From a virus: a DNA stretch of 64,000 bases. The position numbers were made by a program, and so were the translations under genes. Positions 19,385 through 28,968 of this stretch are shown piece by piece. Where the stretch lies: the IMG/VR virus record IMGVR_UViG_3300031251_000017, positions 2,336 to 66,335 of that record. One strand, written 5' to 3'. Within the stretch, counting starts at the first letter, position 1; each line of letters opens with the position of its first letter. The notes below the pieces were generated by a model. The model was not told where the DNA came from, searched no databases, and worked only from the letters and a program-made list of their open reading frames with translations.

Positions 19385-21388
19385 ATGGCTCGCGTCTGTC
19401 TGAACATGATCGTCAAAAACGAAAGCGCGATCATCGAGCGCTGTCTTTCTTCGGTCGTCGGGTTCGTCGATTGCTTCGTGATCGCCGACACCGGGTCGAC
19501 CGACGACACAAAGGAGAAGATCACGGCCTTCTTCGAGGCGCGCGGGATTCCGGGTGAGATCGTCGATCTCCCCTTCGAGAACTTCGAGCAGGCGCGGAAC
19601 GGCGCGATCGAAGCGGCTGAGGCTTCCCTGTTCGCGTTCGATTATCTGCTCTTTATCGATGCAGATATGGAACTCGTCGTCTCCGATCCTTCCTTGAAGG
19701 AGAAGCTCTCGCACAACTGCTATTTGGCGAAGCAGCGCAATGTGGGCGGGCTTGTCTATGACAACGCCAGAATCGTTAAGGCGTTCGTCGGCGCGCGCTA
19801 TATCGGCGTCACTCACGAATATCTCAACAGCACCGGCGAGATCGCCCGACTCCCCGAGCAGATGATCTATTTCCGCGACTACGAAGTCGGATCGAATCGG
19901 AAGGACAAGAGCGAGCGCGACATTCGCCTCTTGAAGGCAGACCTCGCAAAGAACCCGGAGAATGGGCGGTCGCACTTCTATCTGGCTCAGACCTATTTCG
20001 AAGCCGAGAACTTCGGCAAGGCTCGCCATCACTACCAGAAGCGTCAAAAGCTCGGGGGCTTCGACGAAGAAGTCTGGTTCGCGCAAATGTGTGAGGCGCT
20101 TTGCGACTTGAATCTTGGAGACGAAGACGCCTTCGAGATTAAGATCAAGCGTGCGTTTCAGGCGCGCCCGACGCGCGCCGAACCGCTTTGCTATCTGGCT
20201 AGGTTCTATCAGGCGAAGGGCCTAAACGATCTCGCTGCGATGGTCTGCGACGAAGGGATGTCGATCCCGATTCCGAACGACATCCTGTTCGTCGATACGA
20301 ACGTCTATGAGCGGAGCTTCAAGGAAATCTTTTCGATCGTCGGATATTATGCGCGCGATCGGAAGGGCCGGGCCTTCGATATGAACAACTGGCTCGCGCT
20401 CTCGCGTAAGGCTTCCCCGCAAGCCGCGAAGCTCGCGGGAATGAATATGCCGCCGTATCTCGCGCCGCTTTCGATCTATCTCGACTCGTGGGAAGCGAAG
20501 AAGATCGACTTCACGCCAGAAGAAGGATGGTTCGCTCTGAACCCCTCGATCGCGCGCGTCGGCGGTTATCTCGATTGCATCGTTCGCACGGTCAACTATC
20601 AAGTCGTGTGGTGCGAGAACGGCGCGGCGTATGAGACGAAAGACGATGCGCCGATCACGACGCGCAACTTCTATCTGCGCCTCGGCGACGACCTCTCGAC
20701 GATCGACTGGCACGAGATTCTTCCGCCGCTCAATATGCCGGCGCGGACCGAGGCCGACCGGATTCTCGGGTTTGAAGACCTTCGCCTCGTCGAGTGGAAG
20801 GGCGAAGTCTATGTGAACGGCACTTGCCTTGAACTCGAAGAAGGCGGTCACCCGAACATGGTCCGCGCTCGCCTCAATCGAGACGGGTGGCGGCTCGAAG
20901 AACTCGCCGGCCTCATCCCCGACACGACGCCGCGCCAAGTCGAGAAGAACTGGTCGCCGTTTGTCGACGAGGGGGAGCTTCGTTACCTCTATTCCTACGG
21001 CCCGACGAAGATCGTCAACTCGGAAGGCGACACGATCGCCGTAAACGAGCCACCGATCCGCGCTTCGAGCTTCCGGGGAGGGTCGCAGCTTATTCCCTTC
21101 GAGGACGGCTGGCTGTGCTGCGTTCACGAAGTCGCGCCGAACCCGGCGACGAGATCGCGAATCTATTCGCACCGCTTCGTTTGGTTCGATCGCGACATGG
21201 TTCTGCGTCGCGTCTCGATCCCGTTCGTCTTCGAGAAGCCGCGCTTCGAGTTCGCGGCTGGTCTCGCGTGGTCGAAGGACGGGAAAAAGCTGATCGTTTC
21301 CTACGGCGTGGACGATCGCGAGGCGTGGGTCGGATCGTTCGATGCGGCCGAGATCAGCGCCTTCCTTCTCGACGCGCTTTCATTCTAG
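19385..21388 (+). CDS. GT2 glycosyltransferase with TPR repeats and C-terminal GH130/GH43-like beta-propeller
   Basis: CLNMIVKNE, DTGSTDDT, NFEQARN, IDAD and HE are GT-A motifs; FYLAQTY and RPTRAEPL are TPR-like; NPSI, FEDLRL, EKNWSPF, RGGSQL and VSYG are propeller motifs. Confidence 0.85.
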   Translation: MARVCLNMIVKNESAIIERCLSSVVGFVDCFVIADTGSTDDTKEKITAFFEARGIPGEIVDLPFENFEQARNGAIEAAEASLFAFDYLLFIDADMELVVSDPSLKEKLSHNCYLAKQRNVGGLVYDNARIVKAFVGARYIGVTHEYLNSTGEIARLPEQMIYFRDYEVGSNRKDKSERDIRLLKADLAKNPENGRSHFYLAQTYFEAENFGKARHHYQKRQKLGGFDEEVWFAQMCEALCDLNLGDEDAFEIKIKRAFQARPTRAEPLCYLARFYQAKGLNDLAAMVCDEGMSIPIPNDILFVDTNVYERSFKEIFSIVGYYARDRKGRAFDMNNWLALSRKASPQAAKLAGMNMPPYLAPLSIYLDSWEAKKIDFTPEEGWFALNPSIARVGGYLDCIVRTVNYQVVWCENGAAYETKDDAPITTRNFYLRLGDDLSTIDWHEILPPLNMPARTEADRILGFEDLRLVEWKGEVYVNGTCLELEEGGHPNMVRARLNRDGWRLEELAGLIPDTTPRQVEKNWSPFVDEGELRYLYSYGPTKIVNSEGDTIAVNEPPIRASSFRGGSQLIPFEDGWLCCVHEVAPNPATRSRIYSHRFVWFDRDMVLRRVSIPFVFEKPRFEFAAGLAWSKDGKKLIVSYGVDDREAWVGSFDAAEISAFLLDALSF

Positions 21389-21397
21389 GGGGATTGA

Positions 21398-21736
21398 ATG
21401 GAGATCGACCTTCGCAACGGCGCCAAGTGGGAATTCCCCCTCGAAATGGTCGATGATGTCGGCCCGGTCGTCATGACCGGGCGGGCGCTCGAATTCGAAA
21501 TCTTCGACCGGAGTAATACGCTGATCGGCTTCGCGGCGACGACCGGAGCGACCGGCGGGACGCTCACGATCAATGGATCCACGGTCGACGTTCTTATCCC
21601 GGCGGCGGTTCGCCCGGCTTTGGCGATCAATGGCCCTTTCCTGATCGCATACGGCGATCTTTTCGACATCAGCGTGGCCGAGCGGGAATGGCTCGGGCGC
21701 GCCGAGTTCCGAATCCTTTCCGGCCCGACTCCTTAA
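21398..21736 (+). CDS. Small beta-rich virion protein (BppU N-domain-like adaptor)
   Basis: Size, beta pattern and position before the collagen-like fibre. Confidence 0.5.
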   Translation: MEIDLRNGAKWEFPLEMVDDVGPVVMTGRALEFEIFDRSNTLIGFAATTGATGGTLTINGSTVDVLIPAAVRPALAINGPFLIAYGDLFDISVAEREWLGRAEFRILSGPTP

Positions 21737-21749
21737 AGCGAGGTTCGCA

Positions 21750-22847
21750 ATGGCGACTTTCCGAATCCCGTCTCGAAAGGTCACGATCGGCGGGGCCGGG
21801 CTTCGGGGTTTTACTGGTGCGACCGGCCCGCAAGGGCTGGCTTCCACCGGCCCGACAGGCGCTCAAGGGCTATCAATCACAGGGCCGACCGGGGCGCCCT
21901 CGACTATTCCGGGGCCGACAGGATCGCCGGGAACCTCGATCGTCGGGCCGACAGGATCACCGGGCGCGACGGGGGCCTCATTCACAGGGCCTACGGGGGC
22001 CGCTGGTAGCCTTGGGCCGACAGGCGCAACGGGTATAGCGGGCCAGTCCTTTACCGGCCCCACGGGCGCTGCTGGCGCGTCTGTGACCGGGCCGACAGGG
22101 GCGCAGGGCAATTCGATCACCGGGCCGACCGGCGCGCCAACGGCGGTCATTATCTCGGCGACGATGCCGACCGGGATCGGCGCGGGTCAGGAATGGTGGA
22201 ACACCAGCGACGGCAAGAAATATATCTACTTCAATGACGGCGACTCTTCGCAATGGGTAGAAGACTGCTATCCGCTGATCGGTCCCACCGGCCCGACCGG
22301 GGGAGGCGGGGGAGGCGGCGCGATCTACGCGACGGGCGCCGCCCCTACCGGAGCGGCCGACAATTCGCTTTGGTTTAACACCGTCGATGGCGTCCTCTAT
22401 GTCCGATATAACGATGGCGACTCGACCCAGTGGGTTCAGAGCGATTTCTATGCGGGGATCGGGCCGACCGGACCTTCTGGAGGGCCGACCGGACCGACAG
22501 GATTTGGCTTCACCGGCCCTACTGGCGCGGCTTCCACCGTGCCGGGGCCGACAGGCCCGGCGGGATCAGTCGGCGGCGCGACGGGATCGGTTCAACTCGA
22601 CTTCGGATCGACGCCGACCGACTTCGCTTCCCTCGCGGTAACGGACACCGGAGTCGCTACGGGGTCGCAGCTTTCGGCTTGGCTCGTCGCGACTCCGACC
22701 GCCGATCACTCAGCCGACGAACACGTCGTCGAGAATCTCAAGGTCATGGCCGGAAATATCGCTTCCGGCACCGGCTTCACGATCTACGGACTCGCGACGC
22801 TCGGCCGCGTGTCGGGCAAGTTCTCCGTGCAATGGAAAAGGGTTTAA
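21750..22847 (+). CDS. Collagen-like fibre protein (G-x-T / GPT repeats)
   Basis: Long TGPTGA repeats and two W.NT.DG..Y...NDGDS.QWV modules. Confidence 0.85.
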   Translation: MATFRIPSRKVTIGGAGLRGFTGATGPQGLASTGPTGAQGLSITGPTGAPSTIPGPTGSPGTSIVGPTGSPGATGASFTGPTGAAGSLGPTGATGIAGQSFTGPTGAAGASVTGPTGAQGNSITGPTGAPTAVIISATMPTGIGAGQEWWNTSDGKKYIYFNDGDSSQWVEDCYPLIGPTGPTGGGGGGGAIYATGAAPTGAADNSLWFNTVDGVLYVRYNDGDSTQWVQSDFYAGIGPTGPSGGPTGPTGFGFTGPTGAASTVPGPTGPAGSVGGATGSVQLDFGSTPTDFASLAVTDTGVATGSQLSAWLVATPTADHSADEHVVENLKVMAGNIASGTGFTIYGLATLGRVSGKFSVQWKRV

Positions 22848-22850
22848 GAC

Positions 22851-24275
22851 ATGGGCATCCAAGTTCAAGGCGGAACTTCCGGCCAGACGGCAGACGTTGA
22901 CTCGACCTCGAAGGGCCTAATCGTCCAGCAGCCGAAGACGCTCGCGCAAGCTGGCTTCGGCCTTATGGCCGGCCAGATCGACGCCGGCTCGATAACCGGT
23001 AACGCGCTCAACCGAAACGTGATGATCTCGCCCGGCAACCGACTTGAGATGTCGATGGTCTCGCCGCTGTTCTCGGACACGTTCAACTACGCGGCGCAAG
23101 ACTCGGGTCGATGGAACGTCGCACTCACGACCTTTACGGCTTCCTACGCCGCCGGCTTCTTGACGCTCAACAGTGGATCGGTGACGACCGCTTCGGCGAC
23201 GGCGATGATGCGCTCTTATTGGCAGCATCCGATCCCGACCGAAGGCGCTCTCGTCTTCCGCATGTTCGGATTCCAGACGCAAGTCGCGCAAGCGAACTGC
23301 ACGACAGAGTTCGGCTTCTTCTTCGCGACCGGCACAGCGGCGCCGACCGATGGCGTCTTCTTCCGCTTTGACGCGACCGGCACTCTCAAAGCGGTCATCA
23401 ACTATAACGGCACGGAAGTGACGAGCGCGGCGCTGACCGCTCCGGCAAACGGCGTCATCTCGCGCTGGAATATCGTCCTCGACGAGACCCACGCCGAGTT
23501 CTGGATCAACGGCGTCCTCTATGCCTCGATCTCGGCTCCGACCTCGACCGGCCAGCCGCTCATGCACGCCTCGGTTCAGGCCGCCGCGCGCATGTATCAC
23601 GCCGGCTCGGTGCCTTCGGTCGCTAACCAGTTGAAGATTTCCGACATCGACGTTTGGTCTACGGACGGCAATCTGAACAAGCCCTTCAATATCCAGCGCG
23701 CCGAGCAGGGCCTTATGGCCTATCAAGGCGTCGCCGGCATGACGATGGGGTCGACGGCGCTTTATGCGAACTCGGCGAACCCGAGCGCCGCTGTCCCGAC
23801 GAACACGACCGCCGCGCTCGGCTCGGGCCTTGGCGGGCAGTTCTGGGAGACGGCTTCCCTCGCGGTCAATACGGACGGCGTGATTTCGTCTTACCAAGTC
23901 CCGGCCGACACCGTGAACATTTCCGGTCGCAAGCTCGTCATTACCGGCGTCCGCTGGAGTAGCATCGTCCAGACGGTCCTCGCAGGCGGGCCTTTCGTCT
24001 ACCAGCATGGCCTCGCGTTCGGTCACACGGCGGTCTCTCTGGCGACGGCCGAAGCGGCGGCTGCAAAGGCCCCGCGTCGTCTCGCGCTCGGCGTCTCGAC
24101 GTTCGCGGCGGCGGCGGCTGTTGGATCGCTCGGCGCGAATATCACCGCGCAGTTCGCCTCGCCGATTGTCGTCAACCCCGGCGAGTTCATCGCGACCTTC
24201 GTCAAAAATATGGGCACGGTCGGCACTTCCGGCACGATCCACCACTCGATCAACTTCGAGGGCTACTGGTCTTAA
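22851..24275 (+). CDS. Putative virion protein with lectin/ConA-like beta-sandwich
   Basis: Thr/Ala/Gly-rich beta protein with DGVFFRF and AEFWING segments; follows the fibre gene. Confidence 0.55.
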   Translation: MGIQVQGGTSGQTADVDSTSKGLIVQQPKTLAQAGFGLMAGQIDAGSITGNALNRNVMISPGNRLEMSMVSPLFSDTFNYAAQDSGRWNVALTTFTASYAAGFLTLNSGSVTTASATAMMRSYWQHPIPTEGALVFRMFGFQTQVAQANCTTEFGFFFATGTAAPTDGVFFRFDATGTLKAVINYNGTEVTSAALTAPANGVISRWNIVLDETHAEFWINGVLYASISAPTSTGQPLMHASVQAAARMYHAGSVPSVANQLKISDIDVWSTDGNLNKPFNIQRAEQGLMAYQGVAGMTMGSTALYANSANPSAAVPTNTTAALGSGLGGQFWETASLAVNTDGVISSYQVPADTVNISGRKLVITGVRWSSIVQTVLAGGPFVYQHGLAFGHTAVSLATAEAAAAKAPRRLALGVSTFAAAAAVGSLGANITAQFASPIVVNPGEFIATFVKNMGTVGTSGTIHHSINFEGYWS

Positions 24276-24278
24276 TCG

Positions 24279-24308
24279 AAGCGGCGCGCGGCTTCGGCCG
24301 CGCGCTTC
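24279..24308 (+). terminator. Hairpin (cUUCGg loop), possible terminator or stabiliser
   Basis: gcgcgcggc-ttcg-gccgcgcgc; weak U-tract. Confidence 0.4.
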
Positions 24309-24336
24309 CCCCGTCGCATGAATCGGAGATTAAAAG

Positions 24337-24984
24337 ATGGCGATCAATTTCCCCTCGTCGCCCTCGGATGGGCAAATCTACACCGACACGACGAGCGGGA
24401 ACGCCTATCGCTATAATGCGGCTATTGGCGCATGGAAGATCAGCGCGGCGGCGATTTCTGGCGCTCTTGTTTTGCTAGAGCAGCACACCGCGTCTAATTC
24501 GGCTTCCCTTGATTTCACTTCGTGCTTCACGTCGGCCTATGACAGATACGTGATCGAGTTGATCTCGATGGTGGTCGGGACTAACGCCGCCTCATTAGGT
24601 ATACAGGTATCAACGGATGGTGGAGCGAGCTTCATCGCCGGGACAAATTATTTTTGGAGTTACTACGCCACCTTAGTGGGGGGCGCCTCGTCGGGCGGCG
24701 GAGGCGCTGGATCTACGTCAAGGATGCAGCTATTCGAGCCGCTCCTAAGTTCAGCAACTCCGAACTTCTCTGCAACATTGGAATTCTTCGACCCGCTGAA
24801 CGCAAGCGTGAAGAAAATTCTTACTGGTAGAGGACAAGGGATATTCTCCACCGACCTCGGCCTTTACGGCTTCCAAATCTACGGGTTTTACAATGCCGCA
24901 GCGGCGGTAAACGCCATAAGGATTGCGCCATCGAGCGGCGTCATCGCGTCTGGAGTCGCGCGCGTTTACGGCGTCGCTAAGTAA
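24337..24984 (+). CDS. Accessory fibre/receptor-binding protein
   Basis: N-terminal INFPSSPSDGQIYTD anchor module; LVLLEQHTASNSASLDF head; lower GC. Confidence 0.65.
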   Translation: MAINFPSSPSDGQIYTDTTSGNAYRYNAAIGAWKISAAAISGALVLLEQHTASNSASLDFTSCFTSAYDRYVIELISMVVGTNAASLGIQVSTDGGASFIAGTNYFWSYYATLVGGASSGGGGAGSTSRMQLFEPLLSSATPNFSATLEFFDPLNASVKKILTGRGQGIFSTDLGLYGFQIYGFYNAAAAVNAIRIAPSSGVIASGVARVYGVAK

Positions 24985-24995
24985 AGGGGCCAAGA

Positions 24996-25988
24996 ATGAA
25001 TTTTCCCTCGTCGCCCACTAACGGCCAGACTTACACCGATCCGACCTCGGGGAATGTCTATCAGTTCGCCTCGACTCCCGGCGTCTGGAGATCGCTTGGT
25101 CAGACGCCTTCTGTGGGGCCGACCGGGTGGACCGGGCCAACTGGCCCCGGAGGTGGGCCAACGGGACCGACAGGAGCGGCGGCGAGCAATCTGATCGTTC
25201 TTTCGGCTGACACCACCTATTATGTCCGGCAAGACGGCAGCAATTCGAATAGCGGCCTTGCGAATAATTCCGGCGGCGCGTTTCAGACTCTCGCCTATGC
25301 AATGCTGTATATGTATAAGATCAACGCTAATAATTACGCGGTGCAGATCAAAGTCGCAGACGGGCATTGGACAGAGAAGACGGTTACTCAGACATACTTT
25401 TCCGGGGTTATCGCGCCGCCCGTTCGGCCGATCAATGCGTCCAAGTTCGAGATCGTCGGAAACGAAGCCACGCCAGACAATTGCTTCCTAGACGCCACGA
25501 CCGCTGGCGCGGACGCCGGTCTCACTATCGCCGGCAATGTCATCGTGGACAGGTTCTCCGGGTTCAAGGTTTCTTCGGGGTATGCCGGGATAGAGATGCA
25601 CCTTTATGCGTCTCTCAACGTGATCGAGAATATCAACTTCATTGATTGCCCGATTGTGCTAGTGGCGGATCACTACTGCTATATCGAGGCGTTCTATAAT
25701 AATATCTATGTCGGAGGGACGATCAGTCGCTTTGCGTGGATCGACTTCTATTCGACCGTCTGGAACTTCTTCCCCACGGCTTTGCCGGGGCTGGTCATGA
25801 CCGACAAATCACTCCTACTTCGCTTCTGGTCTCAGACGAATTTCTATCTCTACAGTCCCGAGAATTGCACGCCTGATCCGGCGTCAACGAAATACACCGT
25901 CCAGAAGTTCTCGTGGTTTAACAGCTATGGGCAAGGCGGGATCGGGACTAACGCCGGGTCGGCTGACGCGACTTGTCTCATCACGTAG
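24996..25988 (+). CDS. Accessory fibre/tailspike-like protein
   Basis: Same NFPSSPTNGQTYTD anchor, a short GPTG collagen stretch, then TYYVRQDGSNSNSGL..AFQTL (typical beta-helix N-cap). Confidence 0.7.
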   Translation: MNFPSSPTNGQTYTDPTSGNVYQFASTPGVWRSLGQTPSVGPTGWTGPTGPGGGPTGPTGAAASNLIVLSADTTYYVRQDGSNSNSGLANNSGGAFQTLAYAMLYMYKINANNYAVQIKVADGHWTEKTVTQTYFSGVIAPPVRPINASKFEIVGNEATPDNCFLDATTAGADAGLTIAGNVIVDRFSGFKVSSGYAGIEMHLYASLNVIENINFIDCPIVLVADHYCYIEAFYNNIYVGGTISRFAWIDFYSTVWNFFPTALPGLVMTDKSLLLRFWSQTNFYLYSPENCTPDPASTKYTVQKFSWFNSYGQGGIGTNAGSADATCLIT

Positions 25989-26003
25989 TAGGAGCGACCG
26001 AAG

Positions 26004-26282
26004 ATGCCACCGACCATACTCTCATCAAGAGCCGAGACGAAGATCGAGGTCGTCGCGCTATGGCAGGCGCGAGAAGTCATCAAGCGGCATGGCCTTTTTG
26101 CCGATGTGGAGACTTACGCCAACACGCATATAGACGATCTTCCGGCGCTCTACCAGTTGTGGAATTTCGGGAATAATGTCGTCCGCCACTCACCTATAAT
26201 CGACACTATGAAGGTGCTTCTAAATCTAACAGATGCGGGGATCGACGCGATGTTCGATGAAGCATCGAGGCTGAGGCAATGA
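26004..26282 (+). CDS. Small fibre-associated protein (chaperone-like)
   Basis: SD AGGAG; V.LWQAR...LNLTDAGIDAMFDEA pattern seen after fibre genes. Confidence 0.55.
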   Translation: MPPTILSSRAETKIEVVALWQAREVIKRHGLFADVETYANTHIDDLPALYQLWNFGNNVVRHSPIIDTMKVLLNLTDAGIDAMFDEASRLRQ

Positions 26283-26857
26283 GGCCCGCGCACGAGTTCG
26301 CCGATTGCCGCAATCGCTCGCAAGCCGGCCAAGATGTCTTCGTGCTCTCGGCGCTCAAGTGGAAGCGCGAGGGCGTCTTCGTCGAGATCGGCGCGAGCGA
26401 TCCCGTTCTTTCGAGCAACACCGCGCTACTCTCCGACGAGTTCGGATGGCGTGGACTCTCGGTCGAGATCGACGGCTCGCTCGCTCCGAAGTGGGCGAAG
26501 CGTCGACCGAAGGACATCTTCCTCGTCGATGACGCGACGACGAAAAACTGGCGCGGCTTGCTCGGCTTCACCGAGCGAGTCGATTATCTGTCGCTAGACA
26601 TCGACCCTCCCGAGGCGACGCTAGCCGTTCTCGAAGCTCTCCCGCTCGATGTCGTCCGCTTCTCGGTTATAACTTACGAGCACGACGCATGGCGGGGCGA
26701 CTTCCGCCCGCGCGAGCGCAGCCGAGAGATTCTCCGGTCGCACGGTTACAAGCTCGCCGTCCCGGATGTTAGGACTCATGTCTTCTGGCCGTATCAAGGG
26801 CCGGAACCTCAACCCTTCGAGGATTGGTGGATAGACCCCGAAGTGGTCGATCTCTGA
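26279..26857 (+). CDS. FkbM-family SAM-dependent O-methyltransferase
   Basis: SQAGQD, FVEIGASD...SNT, GWRGLSVE, VDYLSLDID, ITYEH and EDWW motifs. Confidence 0.85.
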   Translation: MRPAHEFADCRNRSQAGQDVFVLSALKWKREGVFVEIGASDPVLSSNTALLSDEFGWRGLSVEIDGSLAPKWAKRRPKDIFLVDDATTKNWRGLLGFTERVDYLSLDIDPPEATLAVLEALPLDVVRFSVITYEHDAWRGDFRPRERSREILRSHGYKLAVPDVRTHVFWPYQGPEPQPFEDWWIDPEVVDL

Positions 26858-26862
26858 AACGC

Positions 26863-26887
26863 AAGCGCCCTCCGGGGCGCTTTTTTT
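26863..26887 (+). terminator. Intrinsic terminator
   Basis: aagcgccc-tccg-gggcgc followed by T7. Confidence 0.75.
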
Positions 26888-26901
26888 ATGGGGTGAAGGC
26901 A

Positions 26902-27084
26902 ATGAAGGACGCGCACATCATCGTCTTTATAGTCGTCGTGCTTTTGGTGGGCGCACTATCCGGCTGCGCGGCCGGGCGCTTAGTGCAAAGTGAGGGCGAC
27001 GGCTATTCGAACGGCGGCAAAGCAAGACCGCCGGCGTGCGTTATACGGCGGGAAGGAAATGTCGAGGAATGGGGCGATTGCTGA
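26902..27084 (+). CDS. Small putative lipoprotein
   Basis: Hydrophobic signal ending LSGC. Confidence 0.55.
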   Translation: MKDAHIIVFIVVVLLVGALSGCAAGRLVQSEGDGYSNGGKARPPACVIRREGNVEEWGDC

Positions 27085-27096
27085 GAGGCGACGACC

Positions 27097-27339
27097 ATGT
27101 TCGATCTCATACCTTGCGACGAGCTTCCCTTCTTGATGCTGACGGTCGCGATCCTCGGTTCGGCTTATCTGATCTTCTGGTGGGCTAGGTTCGATCCGAG
27201 TCCGCTTCCCTCTTGGCGGTGGGGAGATACGCCTCGCCGCGAGCCGAAGGTGAGGCTCGATCTCGTCGCGCACATCATCGGCGGGTTCTTCGCGGCGCTC
27301 GCCGTCGACTACGCAATCAATCATCCGATATGCGGCTGA
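27097..27339 (+). CDS. Small membrane protein
   Basis: SD GAGG; two hydrophobic segments. Confidence 0.5.
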   Translation: MFDLIPCDELPFLMLTVAILGSAYLIFWWARFDPSPLPSWRWGDTPRREPKVRLDLVAHIIGGFFAALAVDYAINHPICG

Positions 27340-27505
27340 TCGCGCGGCTCGTCTTCGTGGCGCTTGTTCACGGCGGCGCTTACGTGTGGGTCGCCTTAAA
27401 CGGCGGGCTTTTCATGTCTGATCCCGAAGCACGTTTATTCAAGGTCGCGATCACTCTCTTAGCCGCGATGCTCGGCGGGGCCTTCCTTCTCGACTGGCTT
27501 CTCTA

Positions 27506-27745
27506 ATGGCGCCGAGGATCGACCGAAAGCGAGCTTCGGCGATCATCGTCGAGAGTTGGATCGAAGGGTCGTCTCCGAACGAAATCCAGAAACACATGCG
27601 GACTCTCGGCTTGCTCGTCGAGATTTCCGCGATCCGCGCTTGCGTCCGCGAATACATCGGAGCGGTGGACGAAGCGAGATTTTATGGAAGGAAAGACCGC
27701 AATGAAGATGAGCGCAAACGGCCGCGCGCTACTGATCCAGCGTGA
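27506..27745 (+). CDS. Hypothetical protein
   Basis: TAATG coupling; overlaps the endolysin start. Confidence 0.45.
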   Translation: MAPRIDRKRASAIIVESWIEGSSPNEIQKHMRTLGLLVEISAIRACVREYIGAVDEARFYGRKDRNEDERKRPRATDPA

Positions 27746-28517
27746 GGGATTTAAGCTCAAGGCTTATCAGGATTCGGTCGGGGTCTGGACGATTGGCGTC
27801 GGACATACCAGCATGGCCGGCCCGCCGCATGTCTCTCCCGGCTTGGCGATCTCGAAGGCCGAGGTCGATGCGATTCTCTCGCGCGATCTCGTCAAGTATG
27901 AGAACATCGTCACTCGCGCCATCCACGTTCCGTTGACGCAGGGCCAGTTCGATGCCCTCGTCTCGATATGCTTCAACGTCGAGTCTGCTCTGTCGTCGAG
28001 GTCGTCGATCGTTCGCGCGCTCAACTCCGGCAACTATCGCGCGGCCGGCGACGCCTTCCTTCTCTACAATCACCCGAGCGAGATCATCGGCCGTCGCAAG
28101 GGTGAGCGGAAGCAGTTCCTGTCCGCGACGAACGGATCGGCCGGGAAGCCGGTCCGCTATATGCCCGCGTCCGATCTCCACGAAGACGAGAAGGTCACGC
28201 CCGACTATCTGCGCGCGGCTGGCTCTCGGACGATCAAGGCTGCGGACTCGATCAAGAAGACCGCCGCGACGATCGGCGTCGGCGACATGCTCGCGACGGC
28301 TTCGCAGATCAAAGACTACGCCAATCAGGCGAACGACATCGCGACGGGCTTCCAGCACGGCGCGCCGGCTCGCGAGCTTCTCGATAACTATTGGCCGATC
28401 TTCCTCGGGGTCGGCGCGACGATGATCGTCGCGCTCCTTGCCTTCCTGATCTGGACTTACGCGCGCCAGATCGTGAAAGCCCGAGTCGATGACGCCGTTT
28501 TCACACCGGGAGAATGA
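27702..28517 (+). CDS. Endolysin, GH24 lysozyme with C-terminal transmembrane segment
   Basis: REG.KLKAYQDSVGVWTIGVGHT (E-D-T triad), QGQFDALVS and RRKGE; hydrophobic IFLGVGATMIVALLAFLIW near the C-terminus. Confidence 0.9.
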   Translation: MKMSANGRALLIQREGFKLKAYQDSVGVWTIGVGHTSMAGPPHVSPGLAISKAEVDAILSRDLVKYENIVTRAIHVPLTQGQFDALVSICFNVESALSSRSSIVRALNSGNYRAAGDAFLLYNHPSEIIGRRKGERKQFLSATNGSAGKPVRYMPASDLHEDEKVTPDYLRAAGSRTIKAADSIKKTAATIGVGDMLATASQIKDYANQANDIATGFQHGAPARELLDNYWPIFLGVGATMIVALLAFLIWTYARQIVKARVDDAVFTPGE

Positions 28518-28518
28518 T

Positions 28519-28968
28519 ATGCCCGCCTTCCTTCTCACCTTCGGTCAAATGTTCCTTAGCTTCGCGTCGTCGCGGGTCGGAAATATCGTTTTCGCTGCGT
28601 TGATCGCCTTCGTGTGGGGTCATCATCGCGCGGACGTTGCGTGTCGCGAGGAAGCGGCCGACGCACAAGTGAAACTTGAGCGCGCTTTCTGGGCAGAAGT
28701 CGATCGCCAGCGGAAGGTCGCGAAGGAGATCGAGGACCGGGCGCGCCAGCGCGAGGGCGAGAACGCGGTGGTCGCCCGCGCCATGCAAGCCAAGATCGAC
28801 GAATACGCCAAGAAGGAGTCAAAAGATGTCTCGTCGGAACCGCCACTATCGCCTGTCTCGGGCGCCACGCCGCGCGCGCCTCGGTCTTGTGTTGTCGATG
28901 ATGATTTTGCTCGCGTCGTGCGCTCACTCGATGCCGCCGGTCGTCGTCGGGGCGCACCTTCCCGATAG
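28519..28968 (+). CDS. Inner-membrane spanin (Rz-like)
   Basis: N-terminal TM segment, coiled coil and C-terminal Cys; follows the lysin. Confidence 0.7.
   Translation: MPAFLLTFGQMFLSFASSRVGNIVFAALIAFVWGHHRADVACREEAADAQVKLERAFWAEVDRQRKVAKEIEDRARQREGENAVVARAMQAKIDEYAKKESKDVSSEPPLSPVSGATPRAPRSCVVDDDFARVVRSLDAAGRRRGAPSR

Noticed and set aside
1475-24245. Long antisense ORFs (e.g. 1475-2575, 2980-3882, 20222-21172, 22917-24245)
   Set aside because: These are shadow ORFs expected opposite real genes in high-GC DNA; they have no recognisable motifs.
13257-26282. Diversity-generating retroelement or invertible tail-fibre switch
   Set aside because: No reverse transcriptase, template/variable repeat pair or invertase gene was seen.
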